A DNA stretch of 61,845 nucleotides from the NCBI GenBank assembly GCA_030141605.1, contig JAQGDQ010000500.1, positions 1-61,845 on the forward strand. The letters run 5' to 3'. Every line of letters begins with the position of its first letter. The first letter of the stretch is position 1. This stretch comes from Tubiluchus corallicola. Taxonomy: Eukaryota > Animalia > Priapulida. The position numbers and the translations under genes are program-made. Under the pieces are notes generated by a model. That model made no database searches. It was not told where the DNA came from and saw only the letters and a list, made by a program, of their open reading frames with translations. Below are positions 1 through 10,751 of the stretch, in pieces.

Positions 1-61
1 TAGTAGCAGTAGCAGTAGCAGTAGCAGTAGCAGTAGCAGTAGCAGTAGCAGTAGTAGTAGC

Positions 62-141
<80 letters not shown>

Positions 142-219
142 CAGTAGTAGTAGTAGTAGTAGTAGTAGAAGTAGTAGTAGTAGTACTAGTAGTAGTAGTA
201 GAAGTAGCAGTAGTAGTAC

Positions 220-273
<54 letters not shown>

Positions 274-291
274 AAGTAGTAGTAGTACTAC

Positions 292-336
<45 letters not shown>

Positions 337-495
337 AAGTAGTAGTAGTAGTAGTAGTAGTTGAGTAGTTGTTGTTGTTGTTGTTGTTGTTGCTGCTGCT
401 GATGCAGTCGTCGTCATTGTCGTGATTGTCGCTGTTTTGTTGTCCTTGTTGCTGGTACTCCTCCCTACTATTGCTGCTGTTGCTGCTGCTGCTGC
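1..495. repeat. (GTA)n/(GCA)n trinucleotide microsatellite grading into (GTT/GCT)n
   Basis: Directly visible tagtagtag.../cagtag arrays. Confidence 0.97.
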
Positions 496-959
496 AGAGA
501 ATTTTTTTACGTTCTTTTTGTACAAGTTTACAAAGTAATTTATTACTTACTTTGATGGATGATGATAATGATAACAGAAGCGATGAGAAATAGAGGCTGA
601 CTTTTAATGCCAAGCATTTGATGTACGATGGGCAGTAGTCAAAAGCTGAAGTAGACAGTGAATACAGTCATTACTGGACTAATTAGACTTTCACCTCATT
701 GGCTTAACGTTTACGTGCGTGTCTCTAAGAAGCCGAGAATGTATTGAATACCGAAACTTCGATTTTATACAAGAAGTGCAACAGCCCGTGAAACATATAC
801 ACATTGAAACTCCATATAAAGATAGAAAAAAGTGGAAAATGTCTAGTTAAGATAACTCGGCAAATAACCAAAAGTGTTATTAAGATAGTTGAAGATCGTA
901 GTAAAACTTAAAGAATGTGCAGTCAAAGCTGATTCACAAAAAAAGCGGTTGAAAATGCT

Positions 960-1432
960 TAATTGTGATAGCCTATCAAAATTCAGAGACGTTTAGTTAG
1001 GGCATGACCTTGAAGCATCCAAGATGTTTAGTAGGCACTTCCACAAGGAATCTAAAATGACTTATTTGGATAGTTTCTCGACGAAGCCAAAGTATCTAAT
1101 TTGGACAGATCCACGAAGAAGCCAAAATGTCTAACATGGACAGATCCTCGGAGAAGCCAAAATGTTTAATTTGGACAGATCCACGAAGAAGCCAAAATGT
1201 TTACTAGGGACACGTTCACCAAAAACATGAAATCATATTTGATTAGGACGCAACCACTAAGAATACAAAATGTCCAGTAAAGTCCAGTATCTACAAGGAT
1301 TCCAAGTCTAGTCATGGTACTCTACAAAGAATCCAAAATGTCTAATCAGGACAGATTCCATCAGGAATCTAAACTGACTGGTTAGGACAGATTCACAAAG
1401 AACCCAATATGTACAGTTAAGTAGAGCCACAA
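960..1432. repeat. Degenerate ~35-bp minisatellite
   Basis: Unit ~ggacagatccacgaagaagccaaaatgtctaacat, clearest at 1102-1200 and decaying outwards. Confidence 0.8.
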
Positions 1433-1649
1433 AGAGTTGGCACACTATGTTGCCCTAACTGATTCGTTATTATAAATCTCCACGGTAATCAACAAACGGC
1501 AGGTAAATCTCCCAGGTGAGTGAAACTAATGATTCCATAAGCTGTTATATTGCGTTCTGCATAATATATAGATTAAATTACGCGCTGCATATGAACTCAA
1601 CATGCTACAGGGCAGTTAGACTGACGCTTGAAATGTTGTAATAATAAAA

Positions 1650-2605
1650 CAGCAGTAGCGTATAATAATGACAAATGATATTGATAATGATAACGACAGC
1701 TACAGCAACAATGACAGCAACAGCAACAACAGAGTAACAGCAGTAACGTATAATAATGACAAATGATATTGATAATGATAGCAACAAATGATATTGATAA
1801 CGGTAACGACAGCTACAGTGACAGTGACAGCAACAGTAACAGCAGTAGCGTATAATAATGGCGAATGATATTGATAACGATAACGATAACGACAGCTACA
1901 GCAACAGCAACAACAGCAGTAACTGCAGTAGCGTATAATAATGGCGAATGATATTGATAACGATAGCGACAAATGATATTGATAACGGTAACGACAGCTA
2001 CAGCAACAGTGACAGTAACAGTGACAGCAACAGTGACAGCAACAGCAACAACAGCAGTAACAGCAGTAGCGTATAATAATGGCGAATGATATTGATAATG
2101 ATAGCGACAAATGATATTGATAACGGTAACAACAGCTACAGCAACAGTGACAGCAACAGCAACAACAGCAGTAACAGCAGTAGCATATAATAATGGCGAA
2201 TGATATTGATAATGATAGCGACGAATGATATTGATAACGGTAACGACAGCTACAGCAACAATGACAGCAACAGCAACAACAGCAGTAGCGTATAATAATG
2301 ACAAATGATATTGATAACGATAACGACAGCTACAGCAACAGTGACAGCAACAGCAACAACGGCAGTAACGTATAGACCCGGGCATAACAGTGACAAATAA
2401 TAATGATAGTAATAAAGACAAATGATATTGATAACGGTAATGACAGCTACAGCAACAGTGGCAACAACAGCAACAACAGCAGTAACAGCAGTAGCGTATA
2501 ATAATGACAAATGATATTGATAACGATAACGATAACGACAGCTACAGCAACATTGACAGTGACAGCAACAACAGCAGTAGCGTATAGACCCGAGCATAAT
2601 AATAA
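1650..2605. repeat. Complex higher-order minisatellite
   Basis: Recurrent blocks gcgtataataatg(a/g)c(a/g)aatgatattgataa...gacagctacagcaaca...; source of spurious Cys/Val-rich ORFs. Confidence 0.93.
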
Positions 2606-2989
2606 TTTGTCATAAAACATTAAAAGAGGATGTCACTATAGTGTGACGTCACAAAGTAAACCTAGCAAAAAACTTATTACATGAACAATGATAAGAATAA
2701 CGAGAACAAAACAGGTTTCACGGCGAAACAAATCTGCTTATGAGGCTACGTCACGAACGAGTAATCCATTATCGTCACAAAGAAGGCCAGTGGCCGCTCC
2801 AGACAAAAAGTTACATGAGGGTGAAAATATCATCATCATCATCATCATTTAACGGGAAATGAAAATGTGAACAAATGTCCAAGAGGGGAAATCTTCGTGT
2901 AGCATTTTAGCTACCTGTCAACGTTGTGAAAGCAGGTAAAGATACAGTTGACAACTTGATGGGCGAATACATTTCCGATAATGTATTCC

Positions 2990-3160
2990 ACGGATGAGAG
3001 TCGTAGAGGAAATTATCTTTGACCATCTGTCACCCAAAATGTTTGTGTAATTGCGTCTGAGGAACGTCAGTTTCAGCGCTTTATAATTTGCTCTTAATGA
3101 CCACAGTTCAGATTTATACACAAATACAGTTTCAACTAAGGCAGAAATATTCACGTTCCA
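2990..3160 (-). mobile_element. Degenerate non-LTR retrotransposon (LINE) ORF2 C-terminal fragment
   Basis: ALVETVFVYKSELWSL...FLRRNYTNILGDRWSKIIS resembles the post-RT LY.SE.W / R.IL.I.W...ISN region of RTE-like LINEs. Confidence 0.6.
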
Positions 3161-4142
3161 ATTTCTGTTTGCAAAGAAATCTTTCTGTTCTCAAAAACGT
3201 TTGTGAGTTTTGGATGTTAAATTTAATCTAAATAACATTCAACTTAAAACAACACGACTACTTATAAACATAACGAAATTGTTTTACGAAATCCTTGTGT
3301 TATGTGTACGTATATACTCGTTTGTATACATGTAAAAAGGAGGACTGTGTGTTGCAGAGCACAGCTTAGCAACACTCAATTGGCTGCGCTCGAGAGGTAA
3401 AGGGTTGAGGGTTAGCAGCCGAAACTCGACTCTCAAGTTCCTCCTGATGACTCCAGAAAATTGTATTTGTATTTGTTTTTGTCTTCCTTACTCCTTTCAT
3501 AACATATTCCTTGAAAAATATTATAACTATACGTATACAAAATTTCTCTTCATCATTAATACAAACTATTTGATGATTATAATTACACTCCTGCAAAAAT
3601 GAGAATATAATCACCTCTGAAAAAACTAAAACTATAATATGTAAACCTACTCCCATGACCTTCTTTCTCCAAACTGTTTTTTAGCACTATCCTGTTCTTA
3701 CTGACCTACCTTACTTTTCCTTTTTCACATTTATTACATAATTCTTTTCTCTCTAGTACAAACTACATATACTAACAAATGCCAGGTGCCACTTGCTGGT
3801 CGGCCGCTGCTTTGCGATATACTTCAGTACAACCTAAACATGTGCTCGCATCTAGCATAGCCTCTTTGGTTATTGGTTTTTAGATTGGTTTTCATAAACA
3901 ATAACATTCCATTATCTTCTCTGTTGACTCTCTACTGTTGATTCGTACCTGTTGTGAAAATGTAAAAACCTGTCGACATAACTTGACATCGTGTGCCAAA
4001 GATATGATTAACGCTCCATTAACGTGATTACGCATCAGCAATACGAAGCCTTGGGAGGATTGTTTGCGACTCGGCAACACGGAATAGAATTTTTACAAGA
4101 GTCATAACTGTGACAAGTAATTCAAGAGTGTGACGATGTAAT

Positions 4143-4335
4143 TCAACGAAACGTAGCGTGGAACAGAACGAAACGTGACGTGGAACAGAACGAAACGTGG
4201 CGTGGAAGAGAAGGAAACGTGGCGTGGAACAGAACGAAACGTAGCGTGGAACAGAACGAAACGTGGCGTGGAACAGAACGAAACGTGGCGTGGAACAGAA
4301 CGAAACGCAGCGTGGAACACAACGAAACGTGGCGC
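4143..4335. repeat. 22-bp tandem repeat, ~9 copies
   Basis: aacgaaacgt(a/g)gcgtggaacag. Confidence 0.95.
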
Positions 4336-4589
4336 AGAAACATTTTGCAACGAGATTGTAGAAAGACAAACGAGTTAAAAGCGTTTGAGTACTTTTGAAA
4401 TATCAGAAGCCGTTTTTGCAAAGAAGCCAAATATGTAATGAATTAACAGACCCGTAGAAAACAAAGCGATGCAGTGAAAGTTTAGTTTGTAAACAAACTT
4501 AAGGGAATTGAATTGAACTACTTTGCGAGTTAAGAAAACCCCTTTTTGGGAAACAGGTAAACTTTCTTTTATTAATAGGTCCCAGATAT

Positions 4590-5700
4590 TTGTAGCTTTG
4601 GTCACAATGTCTTTGCAATTAAAACGAGAAAACATGAATTAACAGACCTGAAGAAAAAAAGAGATACAGAAAAAGTGTGGCAAGGTGTTGGTAAACAAAG
4701 TTAAGAGAATTGAACTGCTTTGCACATTAAGAGAAGGTCTGTTAGCGAACTTTCTTTTATTAATAATAGGTCTCAGTTATTTGTCGTGGTGCTAAAGTTG
4801 TCGCTGGGGTGTTTTGGGGAGAGCCAACAACCGACATTGGCAGGTTTATCAGCCATCAGCCAATATATCATGGCACCTGAGTCAAAACATTATTATAACC
4901 ACCCCACTGTTTAAGCCTATTGCTTGTCCTCTAATCTTGCTACCAAGTGTGAAAAACTACGACATTCACAGAGAAGCCCAGTAACCCAGTTCCATACAAA
5001 CATGTAGCAGTAGCAAGTACATACATATATTGGAAACAGTGTAGAAACAGATGTCAGCACTGACTTAGTGGTAGTGAAAAACAAAAGTTTAAAACTAGAA
5101 ATCAAAATTAATGATAAACTGTAAATTAAATGCTCGCATCTGTTCACATTTTTTTCAGATTATTTTCATTACATTTTTTTCTTTCACAAGCCCTGCTATT
5201 TGATTGTCCGCAACACATTTACATTCGTGTATAAGTGAACAGTGTTTGAGGCTTTTCCTGTGCAGTATTTCTTATTTGTATTACGTTCATTGTAGGCCCT
5301 TTCACTAGATATTGTACATGAAACTATTGTAAATGTGTAATGTGAAATAAATGACTTATCACTTATTTTTCTTCACTTAAGGCTTTGCCTATGAAATTGG
5401 TTGCTGATTGTATAATCAGTTACACTGAAAATGACAGCTAGTGTTCTGCAAGAGAAATGTTTGATATGATTTTAGTATTTTATGTTTTACAGCTGTTTTT
5501 GCAGCTTTGGTCACAATGTCTTTGCAATTGAAACGAGAAGACATGAATTAACAGACCTAAAAAAGAGATACAGAAAAAGTGTGGCAAGGTGTTTGTAAAC
5601 AAAGTTAAGAGGATTGAACTGCTTTGCACATTTAGAGAAAGCCTGTTAACGTACATAGTTAAACTTTCTTTTATTAATAAGAGGTCCCAGTTATTTGTGG
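4590..5700 (+). repeat. ~200-bp direct repeat (~4590-4785 and ~5500-5700)
   Basis: agctttggtcacaatgtctttgcaatt...gagatacagaaaaagtgtggcaaggtg...gaactgctttgcacatt present twice. Confidence 0.9.
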
Positions 5701-5778
5701 TTTTGTTTACAAAATTTTCGCAATGATCGAAGGAAACAACAAGTCAAAACAAACATCATGAAACAATTAACGTGAAAG

Positions 5779-5860
5779 TGTGGGTTTCAATTAAAGTAAA
5801 CCAGTGGGTTTCATTTAAAGTAAACCAGTGGGCTTCATTTAAAGTAAACCAGTGGGCTTC
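5779..5860. repeat. 24-bp tandem repeat, ~3.5 copies
   Basis: gtggg(t/c)ttcatttaaagtaaacca. Confidence 0.9.
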
Positions 5861-5960
5861 AAACTGTTTGCCATAATTAAACATGAGTCCTCTCGTCTGA
5901 CGGAAATTAGGCAAGTAGAGCGAGAGAGAAAACGTTAAGTACGATCGATTTCTGACTCAC

Positions 5961-5987
5961 CTGAAATACCTCCATTACGGTCGCCAT
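5961..5987 (-). CDS. Candidate short first coding exon (MATVMEVFQ) of a - strand gene
   Basis: accATGGcg Kozak context followed by CAG|GTGAGT consensus donor; CpG-containing region with X-boxes. Downstream exons not identified. Confidence 0.35.
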
Positions 5988-5993
5988 GGTAAC
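5980..5993. promoter_or_regulatory. RFX X-box
   Basis: GTCGCCATGGTAAC fits GTNRCC-N2-RGYAAC; a second near-palindromic site GTTGCTAAGCAAC lies at 6218-6230. Confidence 0.55.
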
Positions 5994-7059
5994 CAATAGG
6001 TAAACAACATAACAAAGTCAATTCACGTAATAGATTAATTGGCATTTTATTTTCGCTGGCGGTACCCGAAGGTTCCTTGTCGTGCGGCAAGCTTCCGCTT
6101 TACTGATGCATTTTAAAATTGGAAAGTCGTGAATTTATTGTACTGAGTCATTTTCTGACACACTTTTGCAATTAAACCAATAAGTTTTTGTCCCACTTTT
6201 TTGTTATTAGCTTTGTGGTTGCTAAGCAACTTAATATTTCCTAATAGAAAATAGAAACCCTAGCGAAGCCATACTTAATTATATTAACGCCCACATGTTT
6301 TGTTCTATTGAGTGAAAGAACTTCGATTAGTGGTGAAAAATTTGTGAACAAAATCACAAATAATGTCTCGGATGCGAGCATTTAATTTACAGTTTATTAT
6401 TAATTTTGATTTGTAGTTTTAAACTTTTGTTTTTCACTACCACTAAGTCAGTGCTGACATCTGTTTGTACACTTGGAAGTTTCCAATATATGTATGTACT
6501 TGCTACTGCTATATGTTTGTATGGAACTTGGTTACTGGGCTTCTCAGTGAATGTAGTAACTTTTCACACTTTGTAACAAGATTAGAGGACAAGCAATAGG
6601 CTTAAGCACTTGTGTGGTTATAATAACGTTTTGACTCAGGTGCCATGATATATTGACTGATGGATTTACTTTGACTTTTGTTTACTACTGTTGATTATGT
6701 TTACCATTTTTGTATATATGTGGACTGACTATGAGACTATGATTTTGAGTAAACTACGGATCGCAATGTTAAACCATGTTTTCATCCAGTGATTTCATCT
6801 GTTTAACATAAAATACTAAAATCATATCATATCACTCGTTAATCGTTTCATGTTTTGATGAACAACTCTAATCCTATTTTGGAGAGAAACTAAGGACCGA
6901 AGCTCTTGGTAGCACAAGGTTCACAGTGTCTTGTAAGTCAACCAGTGAACACATAATGTGATGTATAATATGTGCCATATGTTACATCAGATTTAGAATA
7001 TCAAAGACACGTAAGAAAACGAGAGCATGTCAAGACAGTGAGAGAACGAATGTTTTACT

Positions 7060-7200
7060 GAGAAATTTACTCCTTCGTGAAGTTTAACAATTACATATCT
7101 CCCATCTTGCTCTACGATTCAGACCTGTGGAGCTTGATAGTAATTAATTAACTACAATTTGACGCTTACACAGATCGTTGCTTTCGAAACTTTGTCAAGT
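7060..7200 (+). mobile_element. Degenerate LINE ORF2 fragment
   Basis: FNNYISPILLYDSDLWSL..., then FDAYTDRCFRN after a frameshift; same region as the other LINE remnants. Confidence 0.55.
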
Positions 7201-7314
7201 GTAACCTTATGTGTTTTATTAGTTCACTATTACACCCATACTTGAAAGGATATTCAACCATTGGCAGCACCTCCCATAGTCTATTTCCGTTCACCGGAAA
7301 TAAGAGGTATAAGT

Positions 7315-7410
7315 TTCGCAAAAAAAACGGCCGAAAATGGCCATTTTTGGAGGTTTTTCGCTCCCCCTATTCGTCCCGGTGGGCCCGATTCGAAAAATAA
7401 ACCCCCAATG
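7315..7410 (+). mobile_element. Interspersed repeat fragment (inverted homologue at ~25121-25215)
   Basis: cggccgaaaatggccatttttggaggtttttcg...gggcccgattcgaaaa matches the reverse complement of 25121-25215. Confidence 0.75.
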
Positions 7411-7493
7411 GCACGACACTAGATCGAGACTTTTCGTTTGATGTGTAAATCGCCGCAAATGGTGCCGCCGTTGAAGTTGTAGCCTCGAATCTT

Positions 7494-7527
<34 letters not shown>

Positions 7528-7680
7528 TATTTACATATATTCACATATAAGTATATGTATAAGTGTAAGTGTAAGTGTAAGTGTAAGTGTAAGTGTAAGT
7601 GTAAGTGTAAGTGTAAGTGTAAGTGTAAGTATGTATATATGTATAAGTATATATATATCTTCGTATATATGTATATATTA
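7494..7680. repeat. (CA)n/(TA)n/(GTAAGT)n microsatellites
   Basis: Directly visible. Confidence 0.95.
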
Positions 7681-8737
7681 ATCGCGTACCACCAACAATA
7701 ATATATACGATAGTTTAAATTATTTTCTGTAACTGTTAATTTTAATTGTAACTCACTCTTGTAATTGTATTGCTTATAATTATTTGTACTTTTTAGTAGT
7801 TAATTTTGCTTGATTTAATTTAAATCGTTTTTATTCTCATTGTTTTAACGCATGATATTGTAACGTGTAATTTACTTATTTAAAATTGTCTCTTAATTTT
7901 ACTAACTACGTGGACCATTATGTAACTTCTACTATGTAGATAATTGTAGCTCATTGTAACATATTTCTCCGTTCCATTGACCGCTTAATTCTGTGACTTT
8001 GTTAACTGTTCCAACATGTCCTCTATTTTTTATGTTTTGCCAAAATTTTATTGCTGTCGCCACTGCTTTCACGCCAGTTTACATGAATGGCTTTATGAAA
8101 GGCTCTCCCCCCCAGCCACGAGTTTAGCTTGTGTTTAAATTGCATAATATTTATAGCCTGGGTTTACAAACAGCAAAGCCCATCAGCATCTAAGATTACT
8201 TTAGTCGTTTAGATTAATTAAGGTTTGCGATACTTTTGCAGTCAGGTTCTGCACAAGTTTCGTGAACAAGATTCGACGCATTCTGTCGTATGACGTGCTG
8301 CGTGAATTGCTGCTGCCATCTAGCAGGAAAAATTACAAATTTATATCACAAGATCACAGGTTTTACGAATAAATTGCCGAATTTAATCTTAAAAGTTTCC
8401 CGTTACTACAAACGTTTAAAAACTGGCTAACGTAACGCTCGAAAAATTAAATATTCAACTTGCTCACATTGCGCAGCAGCAATTTTATGGTTTTAAAAAT
8501 GGCGAAAATATCGATCGCCATATTGTGCTTGACGTTTCTCTTGTTTGATGCAATAAATTTCAAATTTTCAAAATTTTCGTAGCGCCTTTGTTTGTTATTA
8601 TGATTTACGGTCAAACTTGAATCTGAAATTGAAGGTCGTTTGCGTTTCTTCGCCATTTTCTCCTTGTCTATTGTTGCCATAAACACCAATTGTAAGTGTA
8701 CGGGGTGCAACATAACATTTAGTACAGATTTATTTAT

Positions 8738-9360
8738 GACATAACATAACATAACATAACATAACATAACATAACATAACGTAACGTAACGTAACGTAAC
8801 GTAACGTAACGTAACGTAACGTAACGTGACGTAACGTAACGTAACGTGACGTAACGTAACGTAACGTAACGTAACGTAACGTAACGTGACGTAACGTAAC
8901 GTGACGTAACGTAACGTAACATAACGTAAAATAACATAACATAACACAACATAACATAACATAACATAACATAACATAACATAACATAACATAACATAAC
9001 ATAACATAACATAACATAACATAACATAACATAACATAACATAACATAACATAACATAACATAACATAACATAACATAACATAACATAACATAACATAAC
9101 ATAACATAACATAACATAACATAACATAACATAACATAACATAACATAACATAACATAACATAACATAACATAACATAACATAACATAACATAACATAAC
9201 CTAACTTAACCTCATTTAACCTAACCTAATCTAACCTAACACAACACAAGGCAACACAACACAACACATCCTAGCCTAACCTAACCTAACCTAACCTAAC
9301 AGAGCACAGCACAGCGTAGCGTAACATAACATAACATAACATAACATAACATAACATAAC
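8738..9360. repeat. (ATAAC)n/(GTAAC)n/(CTAAC)n pentanucleotide satellite
   Basis: Directly visible. Confidence 0.97.
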
Positions 9361-9589
9361 AAATTAGTACAGATCAATTTATTGTGCTAAGGTACTGATG
9401 TATTTATATTTATTGAACCATAAGGGAAAGAAATTACAAGAGACACAGAAAAAACGACTTAAAAGCATTACAAATGTAAACAAAGAAACCACATATTAGT
9501 GGTAGAATGGTTCAAGTACAAAAAAACACATGCAACAGAGCAATATACATATACATTAATATTACATGTATTATAGTTAGTCAGTCAGT

Positions 9590-9830
9590 CAGTCTTGTGG
9601 ACCAATCTAGCATTAATTTTAATAACTTCTAGATCTTGTGATGCATTTAAAAACACGAACTGCTCATTGGAAGACATACAATGAAAATTAAGACAGAAAT
9701 CAGAAAGCAAACCAAAACATTCCTCTCTTACATGAATGTACAGAGGACATTCAGTTATTACATGCAATTCATCCTCTACTTTGTTCAAACAACAATTTTT
9801 TTACATACTCGTTGTACTACAGACTTTTTT
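9590..9830 (-). mobile_element. LINE ORF2 C-terminal Cys/His (zinc knuckle-like) remnant
   Basis: NKVEDELHVITECPLYIHVRE matches the EDE.H....CP.Y...R motif at the end of many non-LTR ORF2s. Confidence 0.65.
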
Positions 9831-10478
9831 CGGCTTATGATATTTACCATGATGAATGATCTACCATTGACGAATCATTTGAAAATCTATCATAACCTCA
9901 AAATTTAGTGTAGAAGTCTCTTTCATCTCACACAGCCTGAAATTTTAAGGGGTATGATAGGAGACTCATAAGCTTGAATATCGACTCATTGAAATTATGT
10001 TTTTAGATCGTCTTAGCTTCCATTCTGCCTTTCGAGATAACTGTAGTGTCTTAGGGACTGAAGTTTGCTGATTTACCAAGACATTCAATTCCATCTGCTC
10101 CAATTATACGCCCCAAGATTGCAGACTATTTGAGATGTGCGAGGCATGTACACTAAATATTAATCGTAGATTCTCTATTGAAATAGCAGTACTTTGATAC
10201 ACTACTACCATACGATAGGATACGTTACAGTACTATAGAATACTTGTTCTGTACTGTTACTTGTTTATTTTTGTGCCCCCCTCCTGCAGACGGTTACGTT
10301 ACACCATGTACAAACATAAGCAGCTGAAACTTGAAATGCTTGGCCGATGTTTGGTCTGCTTCAGTCCTCTGCCTGTAGGTGGTGCCACTGAAGTGGTACT
10401 GTCATTTTTACCAAATCCAGATAAGGCTGACCGCAAAGAAAGATTTTGAAAATCCTGCGCTTTACAGATCTACAGCTT

Positions 10479-10542
10479 GTTGCTATGCTTTACAATTCAT
10501 CTTTATGATGCAGTTTATCATAGCAACAGTTGCTAGGGTGAC
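10479..10542. promoter_or_regulatory. Clustered RFX X-boxes upstream of ODF2-like paralogue 1
   Basis: GTTGCTAGGGTGAC (10529-10542; reverse complement GTCACC-CT-AGCAAC, consensus match), adjacent GTTTATCATAGCAAC (10513-10527), half-site GTTGCTATG at 10479. Confidence 0.65.
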
Positions 10543-10751
10543 TGATTTGCAGTGCCCGTACACATACAGACGCTTGGCGTGATGTAAACTTCAAAATAGT
10601 TGTTCTTGTCTGCCAAGAAGATCTTTTAGCAAAGTTGGGTTGGTCATTGTAGGCCTATTGTGGGATATAGGCCATGCGTAGGCCTCCACCTGTAAGGTAG
10701 GCCTATTCTTTCAGTATGCGAAAGCCGTTTAAGGTCTACTAGATTGGTATA

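Larger units (their letters stand above)
4853..6663. repeat. ~290-bp inverted repeat (arms ~4853-5140 and ~6371-6663)
   Basis: catggcacctgagtcaaaac...gatgtcagcactgacttagtggtagtgaaaaac...tgctcgcatc is the reverse complement of gatgcgagca...cactaagtcagtgctgacatc...gactcaggtgccatg. Confidence 0.92.

Noticed and set aside
1605-2597. Cys-rich metallothionein/keratin-like ORFs
   Set aside because: Translations of a minisatellite in overlapping frames with non-ATG starts
3355-3435. tRNA gene (also 47765-47845)
   Set aside because: No intact cloverleaf or complete A/B boxes; at most SINE debris
8447-8690. - strand MATIDKEKMAKKRKRP ORF with an X-box-like site at 8673
   Set aside because: Short, no splice donor or recognisable homology; could be a promoter or TE end
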